Position numbers and translations under genes: made by a program. The notes below the pieces were generated by a model, which made no database searches, was not told the DNA's origin, and worked only from the letters and a program-made list of their open reading frames with translations. From a candidate division WOR-3 bacterium (lineage in GTDB: Bacteria > Hydrothermota > Hydrothermia > LBFQ01), in the NCBI GenBank assembly GCA_027050205.1, contig JALUCS010000093.1, positions 31,282 through 95,281 of the forward strand: a stretch of 64,000 nucleotides of DNA, written 5' to 3'. Every line of letters begins with the position of its first letter. Position 1 is the stretch's first letter. This document shows, piece after piece, positions 18,335-28,083 of the stretch.

Positions 18335-19278
18335 CTTCCGGTAAGGGAGGGGTAGTCCAGGTTGAAGCGGAGGCGGTAATACACCTTGAGGGCGATTAAG
18401 ACGATAACGGCGGGGATGAGGAAGGGCGGGTACTTCACTATCAGGGCGAGGACGAAGGCGACCCCCGAAACCCTGTAGGCCAGCTTTATGCTGAACTCGT
18501 CCCCCCTTACGGCCCCGTAGGAGTAGAAGGGTAGGGAGATCGCTCCCACGACCAGCATGAAGGGGTTGTACCGGGGCCAGAGGGAGAAGAGGACGGTCAG
18601 GAGGACGAAGAGGGCGCCGAGGACAGCCGTCGGACGCTCTCCGAGGAGGACACCGGTGGTTATCAGGCCGGCCCTCCGGTCTCCGGGGATATCCGGTACG
18701 GTGGTGTTGAGGTAGAGGGCGGAGACGGCGAAGAAGTAGGGGAGGGTGGCCCTTATGCCTTCGTAGATCCCCCCGCCCCCGGAGACGTAGCCAGCGGCAA
18801 CGTTGAGGACGGCGTAGCCGACGGCGTTGGAGAGCATGTCAAGGAAGGGCCTCCCCTTGAACCGGAAGGGGGGGAGGGAGTAGAGGGTACCGACCACCGT
18901 CCCTAAGACGAGGAGGAGGAGGAAGTCCCTTCCGACGAGGGCGCCGAAGAGGAAGGAGAGGAGGAGGAGGAGGAGAGAGAAGGTGTAGGCCTCGCCGACG
19001 GATATGTGGCCGTCGGCTATCAGGAAGAGCTTGCGGTTGAGCCTGTCGCTCTCCCTGTCGTATATCTGGTTGAGGACGTAGATGTACGCGCTTATGAAGG
19101 TGGTGGCCAGGAAGCCGTACCAGAAGGTGGGCCAGGGCGGTACCTCAAGGACGGGACGGAGGTCCCCCATGTAGCCGCGGGCGTGGAGGTATCCGAGGAC
19201 GAAGAACCCCCAGCCGGGCAGAATGAGGGTGGGCCTCGTCAGGAAGACGAAGTCTATGGCCTTCCGTAGCACGGACAC
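18331..19278 (-). CDS. UbiA family prenyltransferase
   Basis: 315 aa polytopic membrane protein; NQIYDRESD matches the N-x3-D-x3-D UbiA motif. Confidence 0.65.
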   Translation of the reverse strand: MSVLRKAIDFVFLTRPTLILPGWGFFVLGYLHARGYMGDLRPVLEVPPWPTFWYGFLATTFISAYIYVLNQIYDRESDRLNRKLFLIADGHISVGEAYTFSLLLLLLSFLFGALVGRDFLLLLVLGTVVGTLYSLPPFRFKGRPFLDMLSNAVGYAVLNVAAGYVSGGGGIYEGIRATLPYFFAVSALYLNTTVPDIPGDRRAGLITTGVLLGERPTAVLGALFVLLTVLFSLWPRYNPFMLVVGAISLPFYSYGAVRGDEFSIKLAYRVSGVAFVLALIVKYPPFLIPAVIVLIALKVYYRLRFNLDYPSLTGR

Positions 19279-19296
19279 CCGATTCTAAGGCGGACT

Positions 19297-21555
19297 CTAC
19301 CTCCCCTCCAATATCTCCGAGATGAGGTAGTACGCTAGGCTCAAGATGGACTCCTCGTCGTCCCCCTTCTGTATGACGTGGGCGGGTTTGCTCAAGCCCA
19401 TCAGGATGGGGCCGACCATCTTTATACGGCAGGAGGCGCTTAGGACCTTGTAGGAGATGTTGGCGGAGTTGAGGTCGGGGAAGATCAGGATGTTGGCCCT
19501 CGTGTTGTGCTGGGCGAAGACGGAGAAGGGGTAAAGCTCCTTCAGGACCTTTGCGTTGAGGAGGACGTCCGCGTGGCCCTCACCCTCGGCGAGTATGTCC
19601 GGGGCCGTCCGACGCAGTATCTTCAGGGCCTCCCTCATCTTCCCAACGGAGGGGTGGTCCGAGGTGCCGAAGTTAGAGAAGGACACGAAGGCCACCCGCG
19701 GCTCCTGTCCGAACTTCCTCGCCACCTCCGAGGCCATCACGGCTATGTGGGCCAGATCCTCGGCCGTGGGGTCGGGGTTGACGGTGGTGTCCGCGAAGAA
19801 GAGGGGGCCAAGGTGCTTGCTTAGGGCGACGTACAGGCCGGCCACCTTCTTCACGCCCTCCCTCGGCTTTATTATCTCAAGGACGGGCCTTAGGGACTCG
19901 TTGTAGTTATGCACGACGCCGTAGAGCATACCGTCCACGTAGCCCTCGTGGAGGAGCATCGTACCGAGGTAGCCCCTGCTCCGGAGTTTGACACAGGCGT
20001 CTGCCTTGGCCAGCCCCTTCCTCCACCTCATCTGCCAGAGCTTCTCGGCGTAGGGCTTCACGTCAAACTTCCAGAGGTCCACTATCTCGTACCGGAACTT
20101 GAGCTGGAGGGCGTTTATCCGCCTCTCTATCACGTCCCTATCACCGATGAGGACGGGGAAGGCCATACCCTCCCGACTTAGGGTGTTGGCCACGCGGAGG
20201 ATGGTCTCGTTGTCCCCCTCCGGGAAGACTATGCGCGGGGCCTCCTTCGGCTTTACGTGGATGAGGGAGCGGGTGAAGCTAACGGCCTTCTCCGTCACGC
20301 CCCGGAGCCTCTCCCTGTACTCCTCTATGTCCAACGTTAGCCGGGCCACTCCGTCCTCCATAGCCGCCTTGGCAACGGCCGGGGCCACCCAGTATATGAG
20401 CCGGGGGTCAAGGGGCTTGGGCAGGATGTAGTCCTTGCCGAAACTAAGGGTGGTGAGGTTGTAGGCCTTCAGGACACTCTCCGGCACGTCCTCTCTTGCA
20501 AGTTTGGCCAGGGCCTCCGCCGCCGCCACCTTCATGTTGTCCGTTATCCTTCTGGCCCTGACGTCCAACGCCCCCCTGAAGATGTAGGGGAAGCCGAGGA
20601 CGTTGTTTAACTGGTTGGGGTAGTCGGACCTCCCCGTGGCAACTATGGCGTCCGGACGAGCCTGGACGGCGACCTCGTAGGGTATCTCCGGGACGGGGTT
20701 TGCGAGGGCGAAGATTATGGGCCTCTCCGCCATCCCCTTGATGTCCTCCGCACTTACGAGGTTGGGGCCGGAGACACCGATGAATACGTCCGCACCCTTG
20801 AGGGCATCCCTCACCGTCCTCTCCTCCGTCTCCACGGCGAAGGCCTCCTTGTAGGGGTTCATCCCCTCCTTCCGGCCCCTGTATATCACGCCCCTTGAGT
20901 CTATCAGCCGCAGGTTCTCCCTTTTCGCCCCGTAATGCACCAACATACGGGCTATGGCTATGCCGGCCGCCCCGGCTCCGAGTATCACTATCTTGACGTC
21001 CTCTATCCGCTTCCCTTGGAGTTCAAGGGCGTTTATGAGGCCGGCCAGGACGATTATGGCCGTACCGTGCTGGTCGTCGTGGAAGACCGGTATGTCTAAG
21101 GCCTCTATGAGCTTCTCCTCTATGTAAAAGCACTTGGGCGCCCTTATGTCCTCAAGGTTTATCCCACCGAAGGTGGGGGAGATGGCCTTGACCACCTCTA
21201 TGAAGTGGTCGGGGTCCTCGGAGCTGACCTCTATGTCTATGGAGTCCACGTCGGCGAGTCGCTTGAAGAGGAGGGACTTCCCCTCCATTACGGGTTTGGC
21301 GGCGAGGGGACCTATGTTTCCGAGGCCGAGGACGGCGGAACCGTCGGATATGACGGCCACAAGGTTGGCCTTGAGGGTGAAGCGATAGACGTCCTCCGGG
21401 TTGGAGTGTATGGCCTTTGAGACCTCGGCCACACCGGGGGTGTATGCTATGGAGAGGTCCCTCTGGGTCTCGGCGGGCTTGGAGGGTACGATGGAGAGCT
21501 TACCGGGTTTTCCCTCTTCGTGGTACCTAAATACCTCCTCTTTGGAGATCTTCAT
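19297..21555 (-). CDS. maeB: NADP-dependent malic enzyme with C-terminal phosphotransacetylase-like domain
   Basis: 752 aa; N-terminal malic enzyme signatures (SIAYTPGVAEVS, VISDGSAVLGLGNIG) plus PTA-like C-terminal half. Confidence 0.9.
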   Translation of the reverse strand: MKISKEEVFRYHEEGKPGKLSIVPSKPAETQRDLSIAYTPGVAEVSKAIHSNPEDVYRFTLKANLVAVISDGSAVLGLGNIGPLAAKPVMEGKSLLFKRLADVDSIDIEVSSEDPDHFIEVVKAISPTFGGINLEDIRAPKCFYIEEKLIEALDIPVFHDDQHGTAIIVLAGLINALELQGKRIEDVKIVILGAGAAGIAIARMLVHYGAKRENLRLIDSRGVIYRGRKEGMNPYKEAFAVETEERTVRDALKGADVFIGVSGPNLVSAEDIKGMAERPIIFALANPVPEIPYEVAVQARPDAIVATGRSDYPNQLNNVLGFPYIFRGALDVRARRITDNMKVAAAEALAKLAREDVPESVLKAYNLTTLSFGKDYILPKPLDPRLIYWVAPAVAKAAMEDGVARLTLDIEEYRERLRGVTEKAVSFTRSLIHVKPKEAPRIVFPEGDNETILRVANTLSREGMAFPVLIGDRDVIERRINALQLKFRYEIVDLWKFDVKPYAEKLWQMRWRKGLAKADACVKLRSRGYLGTMLLHEGYVDGMLYGVVHNYNESLRPVLEIIKPREGVKKVAGLYVALSKHLGPLFFADTTVNPDPTAEDLAHIAVMASEVARKFGQEPRVAFVSFSNFGTSDHPSVGKMREALKILRRTAPDILAEGEGHADVLLNAKVLKELYPFSVFAQHNTRANILIFPDLNSANISYKVLSASCRIKMVGPILMGLSKPAHVIQKGDDEESILSLAYYLISEILEGR

Positions 21556-21857
21556 GGTACTGCGATTCTACGGGGGCCGCTTTTCCGGTTGCATCCACCC
21601 CTCTGCAACCGTATAATATCTGATAGCCTGAAGCGGGTGGGGGTGGGTATTTATCGCAAAGGTGGAGTTCAACGTTTATTGCAAACATCACCTAAGTGTT
21701 TTAACGTTCTTTTATGCCGGGGTGAGTTATGATTTTGAAAATTGCTAAACAAAAGAAATGACAGGGGGTGGAGAATTTTTGCGATAAATATCTTGGAAAT
21801 TATGTCCGATGTATCGTAGGCCCCGGACCTAACGTGCCTGCCCTATAATTCCCCGTT

Positions 21858-22715
21858 ATGCCCACCCTCATCCGCGAGAACGTACCCCTGGCCCCTTACA
21901 CCACCTTTCGTCTCGGTGGTCCCGCCCGGTACTTCATCAACGCCCGTACGGTTGAGGACGTAGTGGAGGGTGTGAAGTTCGCCCTGGACAGGAACCTCCG
22001 GATTCTGCCCCTCGGCGCTGGTTCGGACGTCCTGATCTCCGACTCCGGATTTGACGGCCTCGTGATCAGGTTGGCCAACCTCCGTGGGGTGAAGGTCAGG
22101 GGCGATAGGGCCTACCTGATGGCCGGTGAGCCTCTCCCCCGCATAGCGAGAGAGATGGCCGAGAGGGGGTTGAGTGGCTTTGAGTACGTGGTCGGTGTTC
22201 CGGGTACGGTGGGTGGGGGAGTGGCGAAGAACGCCGGCGCCCACGGTAGGGAGATAAGGGACATCCTGGTGGAGGCCTACGTCGTAGACGGCGAAGGAAA
22301 CGTACGCACGTACAGAAGGGACGAGCTGGGGCTGGCCTATCGTTCCTCTCTACTTCCGGAACTTGGGATCCTCGTGGAGGCCCTGTTCAAGTTGGAGGAG
22401 GACGACCCCGCCGCCATCAGGGACCGGATAGAGGAGTTCCTAACCTACCGGGAGAGGAGCCAACCCTGGACGGAGAGGACGGCCGGTTGTATGTTTAAAA
22501 ACCCCCCCGGTGAGTACGCCGGGAGGCTCATAGATCTAGCCGGTCTCAAGGGGTTCAGGGTGGGAGGTGTGAAGGTGTCGGAGAAGCACGCCAACTTCTT
22601 CGTGAACGAGGGTGGGACGGCAGACGATGCGATAAGACTCATAGAGTACGTGCGCGACCGCGTAAGGAGGGCTTTTGGTATAGAACTGGAGGTAGAAATT
22701 GAGATCGTCAGATAG
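21858..22715 (+). CDS. murB: UDP-N-acetylenolpyruvoylglucosamine reductase
   Basis: 285 aa; N-terminal APYTTFRLGGPARYF FAD-binding motif; TATAAT at 21844-21849, 8 nt before ATG. Confidence 0.85.
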   Translation: MPTLIRENVPLAPYTTFRLGGPARYFINARTVEDVVEGVKFALDRNLRILPLGAGSDVLISDSGFDGLVIRLANLRGVKVRGDRAYLMAGEPLPRIAREMAERGLSGFEYVVGVPGTVGGGVAKNAGAHGREIRDILVEAYVVDGEGNVRTYRRDELGLAYRSSLLPELGILVEALFKLEEDDPAAIRDRIEEFLTYRERSQPWTERTAGCMFKNPPGEYAGRLIDLAGLKGFRVGGVKVSEKHANFFVNEGGTADDAIRLIEYVRDRVRRAFGIELEVEIEIVR

Positions 22716-23922
22716 GGAAATCTCTGGGGTCCTGGTGATAGATCTGGGAGCCTTCAGGACGAGGGCTGCGATGGTGGGGACCGCAGGGGTCTCCAAGGTG
22801 GAAGAGGTGAAGACGAGGGGCTTTACGGGGTACATATCCAACTTGGACGCCCTTACAGAAACGGTGCGGGAGATAGTCAGCAGGCTTGCGAGCAGTGTCC
22901 AACTACCGCAGGACGGGGTCGTACCCACGGTCCTGGCCGTGCATCTGAAGGACAGTACCCTCTTCAAGGTATCCGACCACGAGATCTCGGTCTCCCACTC
23001 CTCCGAGGACGGACGGGTCACCAACGAGCAGGTGGAGAAGCTCCATACGGAGCTGAAGGAGAAAATAACGGGGACGGACGGACACGCCCTCTTCTTCGCC
23101 GTATCCCGCTACCGGGTGGTGCAGAAGGGAAAGGAGAGGGACGTCGAGAATCCCAGAGGGCTTAGGGTTGATATCCTGAAAGGTAGGGCTGTAGGGGTGG
23201 TCGTGACGCGGGACATATACGAGAACCTGATGGACGTGTTCAGGGAGTACAACCACCTGTACGGGGAACCCGAACTGGAGCCTCTCGGTGCTTACAGCTC
23301 TCCCATATGCGCCGCCCTCGGTGCGGTGGAGCTGGGCGTGGACCTGCACGTCCACCTGGACCTCGGCCACACCTCCTTCCGGGTAATAAAGCTCATAAAC
23401 GGCCGGGTGTTCTCCTACGGCGAGTACGGAAAGGGCGGACACAGCATCATAAAGGCCATAAGCTCCACCTTGAGCATACCGCCGAGGTACAGCTTTGAGG
23501 TCTTAGAGCGGTACCTCAAGGAGGGGAGCCGGATCGTTCAGGTTCAGGGGAAGAGCATAGACACCACCATAGTTGAAGGGATCCTCCGCCGGACCTTCTC
23601 GGAGTTCTTAGGGAGCGACACCGTAAGGGAGGTCGTTGGAAACGGCGACAGGGCCTTCACCTTAAGCGTATCCGGGGGTCTAGCCAACTACCGCCGTATA
23701 AACGAGTACATATCCGACGCCGGTTTCCCCGAACCGTTGGCCTTTACGGACGTACCGCCGGAGCAACTCGTCTTCCACGGGGCGTCCAAGCTGATGAGGG
23801 ACATCTCCCCCCTTGAGGGTAAGCCCAACAGGAACGGCTCCTTCCGTGGGAAGGGGTGGGGTAAGAAGTTCCTTGACTTCCTGAAGAGGGAGGTCTTCGG
23901 CATAGAGGAAAAAGGAGGTTAA
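22699..23922 (+). CDS. ftsA: cell division protein FtsA-like (actin-fold ATPase), divergent
   Basis: 407 aa between murB and ftsZ; VLVIDLGAFRTRAAMVG (phosphate-1-like) and HLDLGHTSFRV (phosphate-2-like) motifs. Confidence 0.6.
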   Translation: MRSSDREISGVLVIDLGAFRTRAAMVGTAGVSKVEEVKTRGFTGYISNLDALTETVREIVSRLASSVQLPQDGVVPTVLAVHLKDSTLFKVSDHEISVSHSSEDGRVTNEQVEKLHTELKEKITGTDGHALFFAVSRYRVVQKGKERDVENPRGLRVDILKGRAVGVVVTRDIYENLMDVFREYNHLYGEPELEPLGAYSSPICAALGAVELGVDLHVHLDLGHTSFRVIKLINGRVFSYGEYGKGGHSIIKAISSTLSIPPRYSFEVLERYLKEGSRIVQVQGKSIDTTIVEGILRRTFSEFLGSDTVREVVGNGDRAFTLSVSGGLANYRRINEYISDAGFPEPLAFTDVPPEQLVFHGASKLMRDISPLEGKPNRNGSFRGKGWGKKFLDFLKREVFGIEEKGG

Positions 23923-23924
23923 GT

Positions 23925-25049
23925 ATGATTGATCGCGACGAGGAACAGAGTACGCAGATACTACTGGTGGGAATCGGAGGAGCCGGCTGCAACATCGTGG
24001 ATCAGGTGGCCGGTCAGTATATCAACCCAGCGACCTACCCCTATAAGGTGGACGTGTATGCCATAAACACGGACAGGCAGAACCTCCGCAATCTACAGAA
24101 CGTGGGTATGACCATACAGCTGGGGAAGAAGGGAAGAGGAGCTGGCTCCGATCCGGAGAGGGGGAGGAGGCTGGCCCTGAAGGCCATAAGCGACGGAGCG
24201 CTGGATGCCCTGAAGCACTCCCCCGACGGTGAGGAGGCGCCGGAGTACGACCTCATCCTCGTGACCGCTGGCCTCGGCGGTGGAACGGGGACGGGATCGG
24301 GTCCGGTGATAGTGGAGTACCTGAGGGAGATGTTTCCCGAAGCTCTGATAATGGGCATACTCATATACCCGGAGGATATGGAGGCTGGGGTGAAGACGGA
24401 GATAGCGAAACAGGGGTTGGCGGAATACTACGGATTACTTGACTCCATAGTCGTCATAAACAACGGCAGCATAGTGGACCCCAACAAACCCATAAGCGAA
24501 GCCTACGAGCTGGCCGACAAGTACGTGGCCAACACCATTATGACCATCTTAGACATAAGCGAAGACTACGGTAAGCCCAACCTCGACTTCAACGACATCC
24601 AGAAGGCCTTGGAACCGCCGAGACCGGGGGAGCAGAACGTCTCCAAGTTCGCCTTCGTCTCCACCATAGAGCTTCCGAGCGCCAACGACGTCTCCAAGGT
24701 GGCAGACATCCTAAACGAGAGGAAGAAGCACCTGTCCATAAAGAGCTTCAGCGGCGCCCGTACCCTCCTCGTGGGCTTCTTCCACAGCGGCAAGTCCCTT
24801 ACGTGGGAGAAGGCCCAGGCCGTGGTAAGCATCCTGAAGAACGAGATCATAATGGCGGGGCGGCAGCCTTACGTTAAGGCCGGAGACTTCACGAAGAACA
24901 AGGAGGGTATGCTGGACCGGGTCAAGATCTCCGTAATCATATCCGGCGTGAATCCCGACTCCTATATCCTCAACGCCCTCCAGGACGCCGCCGCCGAGAG
25001 GGAGGTGGAGGAGATCCTCAAGGGTTTCCAGGATGAAAGAGGCACTTAA
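23925..25049 (+). CDS. ftsZ: cell division GTPase FtsZ (divergent)
   Basis: 374 aa; tubulin/FtsZ signature GGGTGTG, T7-loop NLDFNDIQKAL; unusual T1 loop GGAGCN and no canonical C-terminal FtsA-binding peptide. Confidence 0.8.
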   Translation: MIDRDEEQSTQILLVGIGGAGCNIVDQVAGQYINPATYPYKVDVYAINTDRQNLRNLQNVGMTIQLGKKGRGAGSDPERGRRLALKAISDGALDALKHSPDGEEAPEYDLILVTAGLGGGTGTGSGPVIVEYLREMFPEALIMGILIYPEDMEAGVKTEIAKQGLAEYYGLLDSIVVINNGSIVDPNKPISEAYELADKYVANTIMTILDISEDYGKPNLDFNDIQKALEPPRPGEQNVSKFAFVSTIELPSANDVSKVADILNERKKHLSIKSFSGARTLLVGFFHSGKSLTWEKAQAVVSILKNEIIMAGRQPYVKAGDFTKNKEGMLDRVKISVIISGVNPDSYILNALQDAAAEREVEEILKGFQDERGT

Positions 25050-25860
25050 GGCCTTCCTCGCCGCCTCCTACCGGAGCGTCTTCGCCGTCCTCGGTATAAC
25101 CCTATCCATCTTCATGGTCGTCCTGACGGCTAACGCCACCTACGTGTCTTACTACACGTACTCCCGAATCAGGGACGCCGTACGTATAGAGGTGTTTCCC
25201 GCCGTAAGGGCGGAGGAGGTGGAGTCCTTCCTGAAGGTTCTCGGAGGTGTGGAGAGGGTGGAGATCGTGAGCGAGAGGGAGGCCCGCGAGGAGTTCGTGA
25301 AGCTCTATCCCCAGCTCGCTGACCTCCTCAACCGCCTGGGCGAGGACGTTTTCTACCCTATGCTCCGGGTCTATCCCAAGGACCACTGGAGGGATGTACG
25401 GTTCCTGGACCTCCTAAGCGGGGAGATCTCCGCTTACAGGGGTGTGGCGGGGGTGTATTACGGGAGGGAATGGCTGAAGGCCGCCCAAGACTTCTTCAAC
25501 TTCCTCTTAGGCGCCAACGTGGTGGTCCTCCTTACGGCCTTCGTAGTTAGTCTCCTCGTCTCCTTCTACACCGTGAGGTTCGTCGTGCATCACCGTAGGA
25601 ACCTGATAGAGATCCTCCGTCTCGCCGGCGTTTCCCCCTTCCGTCTCCGCTATCCCTACGTCCTCCTCTCCGTCCTCTACACCCTCGTATCTTGGGCAGT
25701 GGTCGCCCCGTTGGTTCTGTACTTTGCCGGACGGTACGACCCCGTTCCGGGTATCCTACGGTTCAACGCCCTCCTCTTGGGCGGCATCCTCGTCGTCGTA
25801 CTCGTAACGACCACCTTCGGGAGCTTGAGGGCCTTAACGGACCTGGAGAGGGGACTCTGA
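25033..25860 (+). CDS. FtsX-like permease
   Basis: 275 aa; TM1, then a roughly 100-aa periplasmic domain, then three C-terminal TM helices, the FtsX topology. Confidence 0.55.
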   Translation: MKEALKAFLAASYRSVFAVLGITLSIFMVVLTANATYVSYYTYSRIRDAVRIEVFPAVRAEEVESFLKVLGGVERVEIVSEREAREEFVKLYPQLADLLNRLGEDVFYPMLRVYPKDHWRDVRFLDLLSGEISAYRGVAGVYYGREWLKAAQDFFNFLLGANVVVLLTAFVVSLLVSFYTVRFVVHHRRNLIEILRLAGVSPFRLRYPYVLLSVLYTLVSWAVVAPLVLYFAGRYDPVPGILRFNALLLGGILVVVLVTTTFGSLRALTDLERGL

Positions 25861-25861
25861 T

Positions 25862-26344
25862 TCAGAACTTCAGGGTTCGGGAGAGCTTTACGGGGTAGGG
25901 GATACTCTGCTTACCTACGAAGGGTAGGTTGAACTCCATGTAGGCCTTACCCTCCACTCCTACGTTCGCCCTCCGGGAGTTTATCACCCCCATTATCCGG
26001 TTCGCGGCCCCCTTGAGGTAGGAGTACCTGACGGATACGGTGATGGGTACGGTGGCCGAGGATCTGGCCTTTACCGTCCTCCCGAAGGTATTGGATACGT
26101 CCGCCACCTTTATGCCCTCCAACTTTACGCTGCCAACGAAGCGGTCCAGGACGGCATCCACCGGGTTGGGATTCTGAACGGACAGGAGGACGTCCATAGA
26201 GAAGCCGCTCAAGCTTACGCTCTTCAGCCGGGCGCCCGCCAGGGAGAACTTACAGTCCTTCAGGGCGACCCTCTTCTGGATGAGGGAGCAACCGGCGGTC
26301 AGGGCAGCCGCCGAAAAGAGGGCTAAAACTACGAAGGTGCGCAT
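25862..26344 (-). CDS. lipoprotein, LEA14/DUF-like beta-sandwich (tentative)
   Basis: 160 aa with lipobox LTAGC signal. Confidence 0.45.
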   Translation of the reverse strand: MRTFVVLALFSAAALTAGCSLIQKRVALKDCKFSLAGARLKSVSLSGFSMDVLLSVQNPNPVDAVLDRFVGSVKLEGIKVADVSNTFGRTVKARSSATVPITVSVRYSYLKGAANRIMGVINSRRANVGVEGKAYMEFNLPFVGKQSIPYPVKLSRTLKF

Positions 26345-26353
26345 ACCGCTATT

Positions 26354-27307
26354 CTAAGGGGTTTCGCCCCTTAGGTAGGCCTCAAGGAGGCTCTCAAAGT
26401 CGGGGAGGCGGATGATGTCCCGCAGGACCCTCGCCTTGTAGTGGAGGGCCATGCTCTCCACGACCGTAGCCGTCGCCTTAAGGGGGTGGAGTTTCACCCT
26501 GTACTTGGGTAAGGTTATGCCGAGCAGTTCCGTCTCCTCAACTGGCCTCTCCTCACCTTCGGAGAGTTCAACCACCACGTGGAGAGGGTACTGCCTCCTG
26601 ACCGCCCCCACGCCGAAGTAGTGGGGTACGTACACCGTCCCCACCCCCCTAATGAGCATAAAGAACATGAAGTCCTCCCTACCCGGAGGGGGTTCCGCGA
26701 GGAGGGAGTTCGGGGGGTACCTACGGATCAGGACGACGTCGTCCGCTACGAAGCGATGGCCTCTCCTTATCAGCTCAAGGGCGGTCTCGCTCTTTCCTAC
26801 GCCGGGCTTCCCAACTATGAGGACGCCGACGCCGTAGATCTCCACCATGACGCCGTGGACAGTCGTACGGGGGGCGAGGAGGTAGGTTAGCCTATCGGCC
26901 ATACGGGCCATAAAGTACGGAGTCTGGATAGGGGTAGATAGGACAGGGGTACGGTAGGTTCGGGCGACCTCAAGGATTACGGTTATTAGGCTGTCGGGGA
27001 GTTTCCTGCCAGAGGCAGTTAGGACGACAGCCGGTACCTTCCTAGAGAAGAGGAGGGACAGGGCCTTCCGGACCTCCCTTCGGCCCTTCTCACGCATAAG
27101 GTGAAGGAGGTAGGCCCTCTCGGTGAGGCCGAGGATCTGGATCCTCTCGCGGGGGAACTCACGGGTGAAGCCGGCGAGTAGTAGCCCTGGACGGTTGAGG
27201 TCCGGGGACCTCACCTTACGGCGTAGGAGCCTCCTCCCGTATATGATCTCAAGGGGTCCCGGAAAGTGGCGGATCACCTCCTCAAGTCTCACGGTCGGGG
27301 ACCTCAC
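26354..27307 (-). CDS. hprK: HPr kinase/phosphorylase
   Basis: 317 aa; GVLIVGKPGVGKSETALELIRRGHRFVADD matches the HprK P-loop region almost residue for residue. Confidence 0.85.
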   Translation of the reverse strand: MRSPTVRLEEVIRHFPGPLEIIYGRRLLRRKVRSPDLNRPGLLLAGFTREFPRERIQILGLTERAYLLHLMREKGRREVRKALSLLFSRKVPAVVLTASGRKLPDSLITVILEVARTYRTPVLSTPIQTPYFMARMADRLTYLLAPRTTVHGVMVEIYGVGVLIVGKPGVGKSETALELIRRGHRFVADDVVLIRRYPPNSLLAEPPPGREDFMFFMLIRGVGTVYVPHYFGVGAVRRQYPLHVVVELSEGEERPVEETELLGITLPKYRVKLHPLKATATVVESMALHYKARVLRDIIRLPDFESLLEAYLRGETP

Positions 27308-28083
27308 CTCTCCCCTCCCATCTTCCGAACCATCACCTTCAGGATCCTCTGGGGGGACACCTCCACCGCCTTGAACTCCACGTCATCCACCCTCAACACC
27401 TCCCCCTCCTCCGGCATGCTCCCCAACTTCTCTATCATAAACCCCCCTACGCTCGTACTCTCGGTCTCCCCGAAGTCCACCTCAAGCAGGTCCTCCAACT
27501 CGCTTATGGGCATCTGGGCGTTTACGAGGTAACCCCCATCCGGGAGTTCCTCGTACAAGCTCTCCGGTTTGTCATGCTCCTCGTATATGTCCCCCACTAT
27601 CTCCTCCACGAGGTCCTCTATGGTGACTATCCCGATGGGGCTGCCGTACTCATCCACCACTATCCCGATGGACACCCTCCTCTTCTGCATCTCCTTCAGG
27701 GCGTTGTAGCAGCTCTGGGTAGCGGGGACGAAGAAGGGGGGCTTCATTATATCCGCAACTTTCATACGGTTCAGGTCTTTGTCCAGATGGAGCAGGACGT
27801 CTTTCATGTAAGCCACCCCTACTATATCCGCCCCCTCGGACACCCCAGAGGAACGTACAGGGTACTTGGAGTACAGATGCTCCCTGAATTTGGCGACAAG
27901 GTCCATCAGGGTGTCGTCCTCCGAGACCATCACCACGTCCACGCGGGGCCTCATAACCTCCTCCGCCGTCTTGGAGAGGAGACGATGGACACCCTTCAGG
28001 AGCTTCTCCACCTCCTTGTCCTTCTCCGCCCGTTTCTTCAGATCGTTAAGCAGCTCGTCCAGACCGTTCCTCTTGAAAAACAT
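27304..28083 (-). CDS. CBS-pair plus CorC/HlyC transporter-associated domain protein
   Basis: 259 aa; two CBS motifs then C-terminal CorC_HlyC-like region (GGFMIEKLGSMPEEGEVLRVDDVEFKAVEV). Confidence 0.7.
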   Translation of the reverse strand: MFFKRNGLDELLNDLKKRAEKDKEVEKLLKGVHRLLSKTAEEVMRPRVDVVMVSEDDTLMDLVAKFREHLYSKYPVRSSGVSEGADIVGVAYMKDVLLHLDKDLNRMKVADIMKPPFFVPATQSCYNALKEMQKRRVSIGIVVDEYGSPIGIVTIEDLVEEIVGDIYEEHDKPESLYEELPDGGYLVNAQMPISELEDLLEVDFGETESTSVGGFMIEKLGSMPEEGEVLRVDDVEFKAVEVSPQRILKVMVRKMGGER

